From Acidimicrobiales bacterium (lineage in GTDB: Bacteria; Actinomycetota; Acidimicrobiia; Acidimicrobiales; JBOGIG01): a stretch of 64,000 bases of DNA. The DNA is taken from the NCBI GenBank assembly GCA_050742455.1, contig JBOGIG010000111.1, positions 3,537-67,536 of the forward strand, read 5' to 3'. Below are positions 62,434 through 64,000 of this stretch, in pieces (positions within the stretch are counted from its first letter, which is position 1; every line of letters begins with the position of its first letter). A program made the translations under genes and the position numbers. The notes under the pieces were generated by a model. The model worked only from the letters and a program-made list of their open reading frames with translations. It was not told where the DNA came from and made no database searches.

Positions 62434-64000
62434 CTGACCCGGAGCGGACGGAGCCCAGGGTGGTCGGGCGCTACCCGCAGCACCAGGGTCGGGCCTTGGT
62501 CCACATCAGCCTCTATTTCGATGGTGTGGCCCAGATCTACCAGGTCGGACACGATGGCTGGAATTCCACCACCGTCCACCAGACGCACAGCGGTGGCCGG
62601 CAGGCACCACCCCACAGCTTGGCCGGGGACTGGTCCCGGCCCGGACACGGCAATCTCCACGCCGCCGACCACCAGGCGTCCTGCTCCAACGCCGCGGGCC
62701 CTTCCGATGTTGGCGATGCCGAGAACCCCGGCCACCGCGGCCGAGGCCGGATGGGCCAAGACGTCACCCACCGGACCGGCCTGTAACACCTTGCCCTCGG
62801 ACACGATGACCACCTCGTCGGCCAACCAGGCGGCCTCGTCGGGATCGTGGGTGACAACCACACTGGCCAGTCCGGTGGCGGCCTGGACCCGGCGCAGTGC
62901 ACGGCGAAGGTCTGAGCGGGCCGGAGCATCAAGGGCGGACAGGGGCTCGTCGAGCAACAGCAGGCGGGGTCGGCGGACCAGGGCCCGGGCCAGGGCCAGG
63001 CGCTGGCGCTGGCCACCCGACAGTTGGCCCGGATGGCGATCCTCGAGGCCACCCAGCCCCAGCCGATCGCTCCACATCAGGGCCTGGGCCTCAGAGGCGC
63101 CCCTGCCCATACGAACCTGGTCGCCCACCCGGAGATGGGGCAGCAGCCCTTGTCCCTGAGGGACGTAGCCGACGCGGCGCTCTTCGGGGGGTAGGCGACC
63201 CAGATCGGTCGATCCCAACCTGACCCACGAGCCGGCCGGATCGACGTCGATCTCCGTCGGGAGGGCGTCGCCCAGGCCGGCCAGGTGGCGCAGGGTCAGC
63301 GTCTTTCCAGATCCCGACGGTCCCAGGATCGCCACCCGGGGGCAGGTGGCCCGATGGCTCACCTGGAGATAAAAGGCGCCGATCCGACTGCTCAGGCCGA
63401 AGTCCAGGCATTCCGAGTGGCGCAATGTCGGTTCGATCACTATGCGGCTGGCATCAAAAGAGGTCTCGACTCCGGTGGAGGGCACCGGGCGCCGGCCACC
63501 TACCCGGCCCGAGACCGTCCCCGAGATGAACAGGAAGGCGACGGCGGCGGCCAGGGCCACCACGACCGGGGCCAAAGTGGCGCTCAGACCGGTGCCGGAG
63601 AAGCGAACGAAGGTGAGGACGGGCAGCGAATAAGGGTGATAGGCCATGATCACCGTGGCCCCGAACTCGCCGAAGGAGCGCAGCCAGGCGAGAGCCAGAC
63701 CGGCCCGTATGACGGGCCAGGCCAGGGGGAGGGCGACCAGGCGAAATCGTGCCACCGGCCCGTGCCCCAGCGTGGCGGCTACTTCGCTCAGCGATGGGTC
63801 GACTCCAGAGAAGGCGGCTCGGGAAGCCACGATCACGAAGGGCGCCGACACGAAGGCCTGGGCAAGGACGATGCCGGCCATCGAGTCGGTCAGCCTGCCC
63901 CCGAAGGCCCGACCGATGGCCGTGTGGGGACCGAAGGCCAGGATCAACACGATGCCGCTCACGAGGGGGGGCATGGCCAACGGGATGTGGGCCAGTACCC
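62376..64000 (-). CDS. fused ABC transporter permease (CysT/ModB-type) and ATP-binding protein with C-terminal TOBE-like domain; 5' end beyond the window
   Basis: The permease EAA-loop region is SEVAATLGHGPVARFRLVALP. It is followed by Walker A GPSGSGKT, signature LSGGQRQR and Walker B LLLLDEP, then an OB-like C-terminal domain. The frame is open to nt 64000. Confidence 0.85.
   Translation of the reverse strand, partial: VLAHIPLAMPPLVSGIVLILAFGPHTAIGRAFGGRLTDSMAGIVLAQAFVSAPFVIVASRAAFSGVDPSLSEVAATLGHGPVARFRLVALPLAWPVIRAGLALAWLRSFGEFGATVIMAYHPYSLPVLTFVRFSGTGLSATLAPVVVALAAAVAFLFISGTVSGRVGGRRPVPSTGVETSFDASRIVIEPTLRHSECLDFGLSSRIGAFYLQVSHRATCPRVAILGPSGSGKTLTLRHLAGLGDALPTEIDVDPAGSWVRLGSTDLGRLPPEERRVGYVPQGQGLLPHLRVGDQVRMGRGASEAQALMWSDRLGLGGLEDRHPGQLSGGQRQRLALARALVRRPRLLLLDEPLSALDAPARSDLRRALRRVQAATGLASVVVTHDPDEAAWLADEVVIVSEGKVLQAGPVGDVLAHPASAAVAGVLGIANIGRARGVGAGRLVVGGVEIAVSGPGPVPGQAVGWCLPATAVRLVDGGGIPAIVSDLVDLGHTIEIEADVDQGPTLVLRVAPDHPGLRPLRVSQPCRLAVDADRLSWWSLA

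Overview
This 64-kb window is a gene-dense, high-GC (about two-thirds G+C by eye) chromosomal core segment. It carries Actinomycetota hallmarks: SepF plus DivIVA with no ftsA, a Bpa-type proteasome activator, a type-2 IleRS, menaquinone genes and a MoxR-DUF58-transglutaminase module. Gene order: pfkA (5'-partial), IMPase(-), ltaE, PIG-L deacetylase, dinB, DUF3040; then transglutaminase/DUF58/moxR (all -); acyl-CoA dehydrogenase, small ORF, HNH, lipoate/biotin-ligase-like. Next comes the dcw cluster mraZ-rsmH-ftsL-ftsI-murE-mraY-murD-ftsW-murC-murB-ftsQ-ftsZ-pgeF-yggS-sepF-yggT-divIVA. It is followed by a membrane protein with a histone-H1-like tail, ileS(-), an H1-like/DksA fusion, lspA and rluD. 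Then sigma factor, MFS, GNAT/ADP-forming acyl-CoA-synthetase (Pat-like) and Rrf2 (all -); alkaline-phosphatase-family protein, bpa, dnaE, hypothetical, patatin; hypothetical and YyaL (-); SDR; menE(-), menB, menA, menH(-), menD; acyltransferase-3/SGNH; and a fused ABC permease-ATPase (-, partial). I saw no rRNA, tRNA, CRISPR array, transposase, integrase or obvious defence island, so this is mostly ordinary core genome. Five observations deserve a second look. (1) A strongly structured 110-nt mraZ-rsmH spacer whose 16-bp closing helix occludes the rsmH ribosome-binding site. (2) A dcw cluster chained by start/stop overlaps with no room for murF or murG. (3) An unusually high density of perfect short tandem duplications: unit lengths are multiples of 3 inside genes, and other lengths occur only at gene ends or in intergenic DNA. 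(4) A lineage-specific membrane-anchored protein with a duplicated about 45-aa module and a histone-like basic tail, lying between divIVA and ileS next to a DdbA-like H1/DksA fusion. (5) Candidate operators in the Rrf2 and menE/menB divergent regions. All coordinates and repeats were read by eye. No database search, folding energy or statistics were computed.
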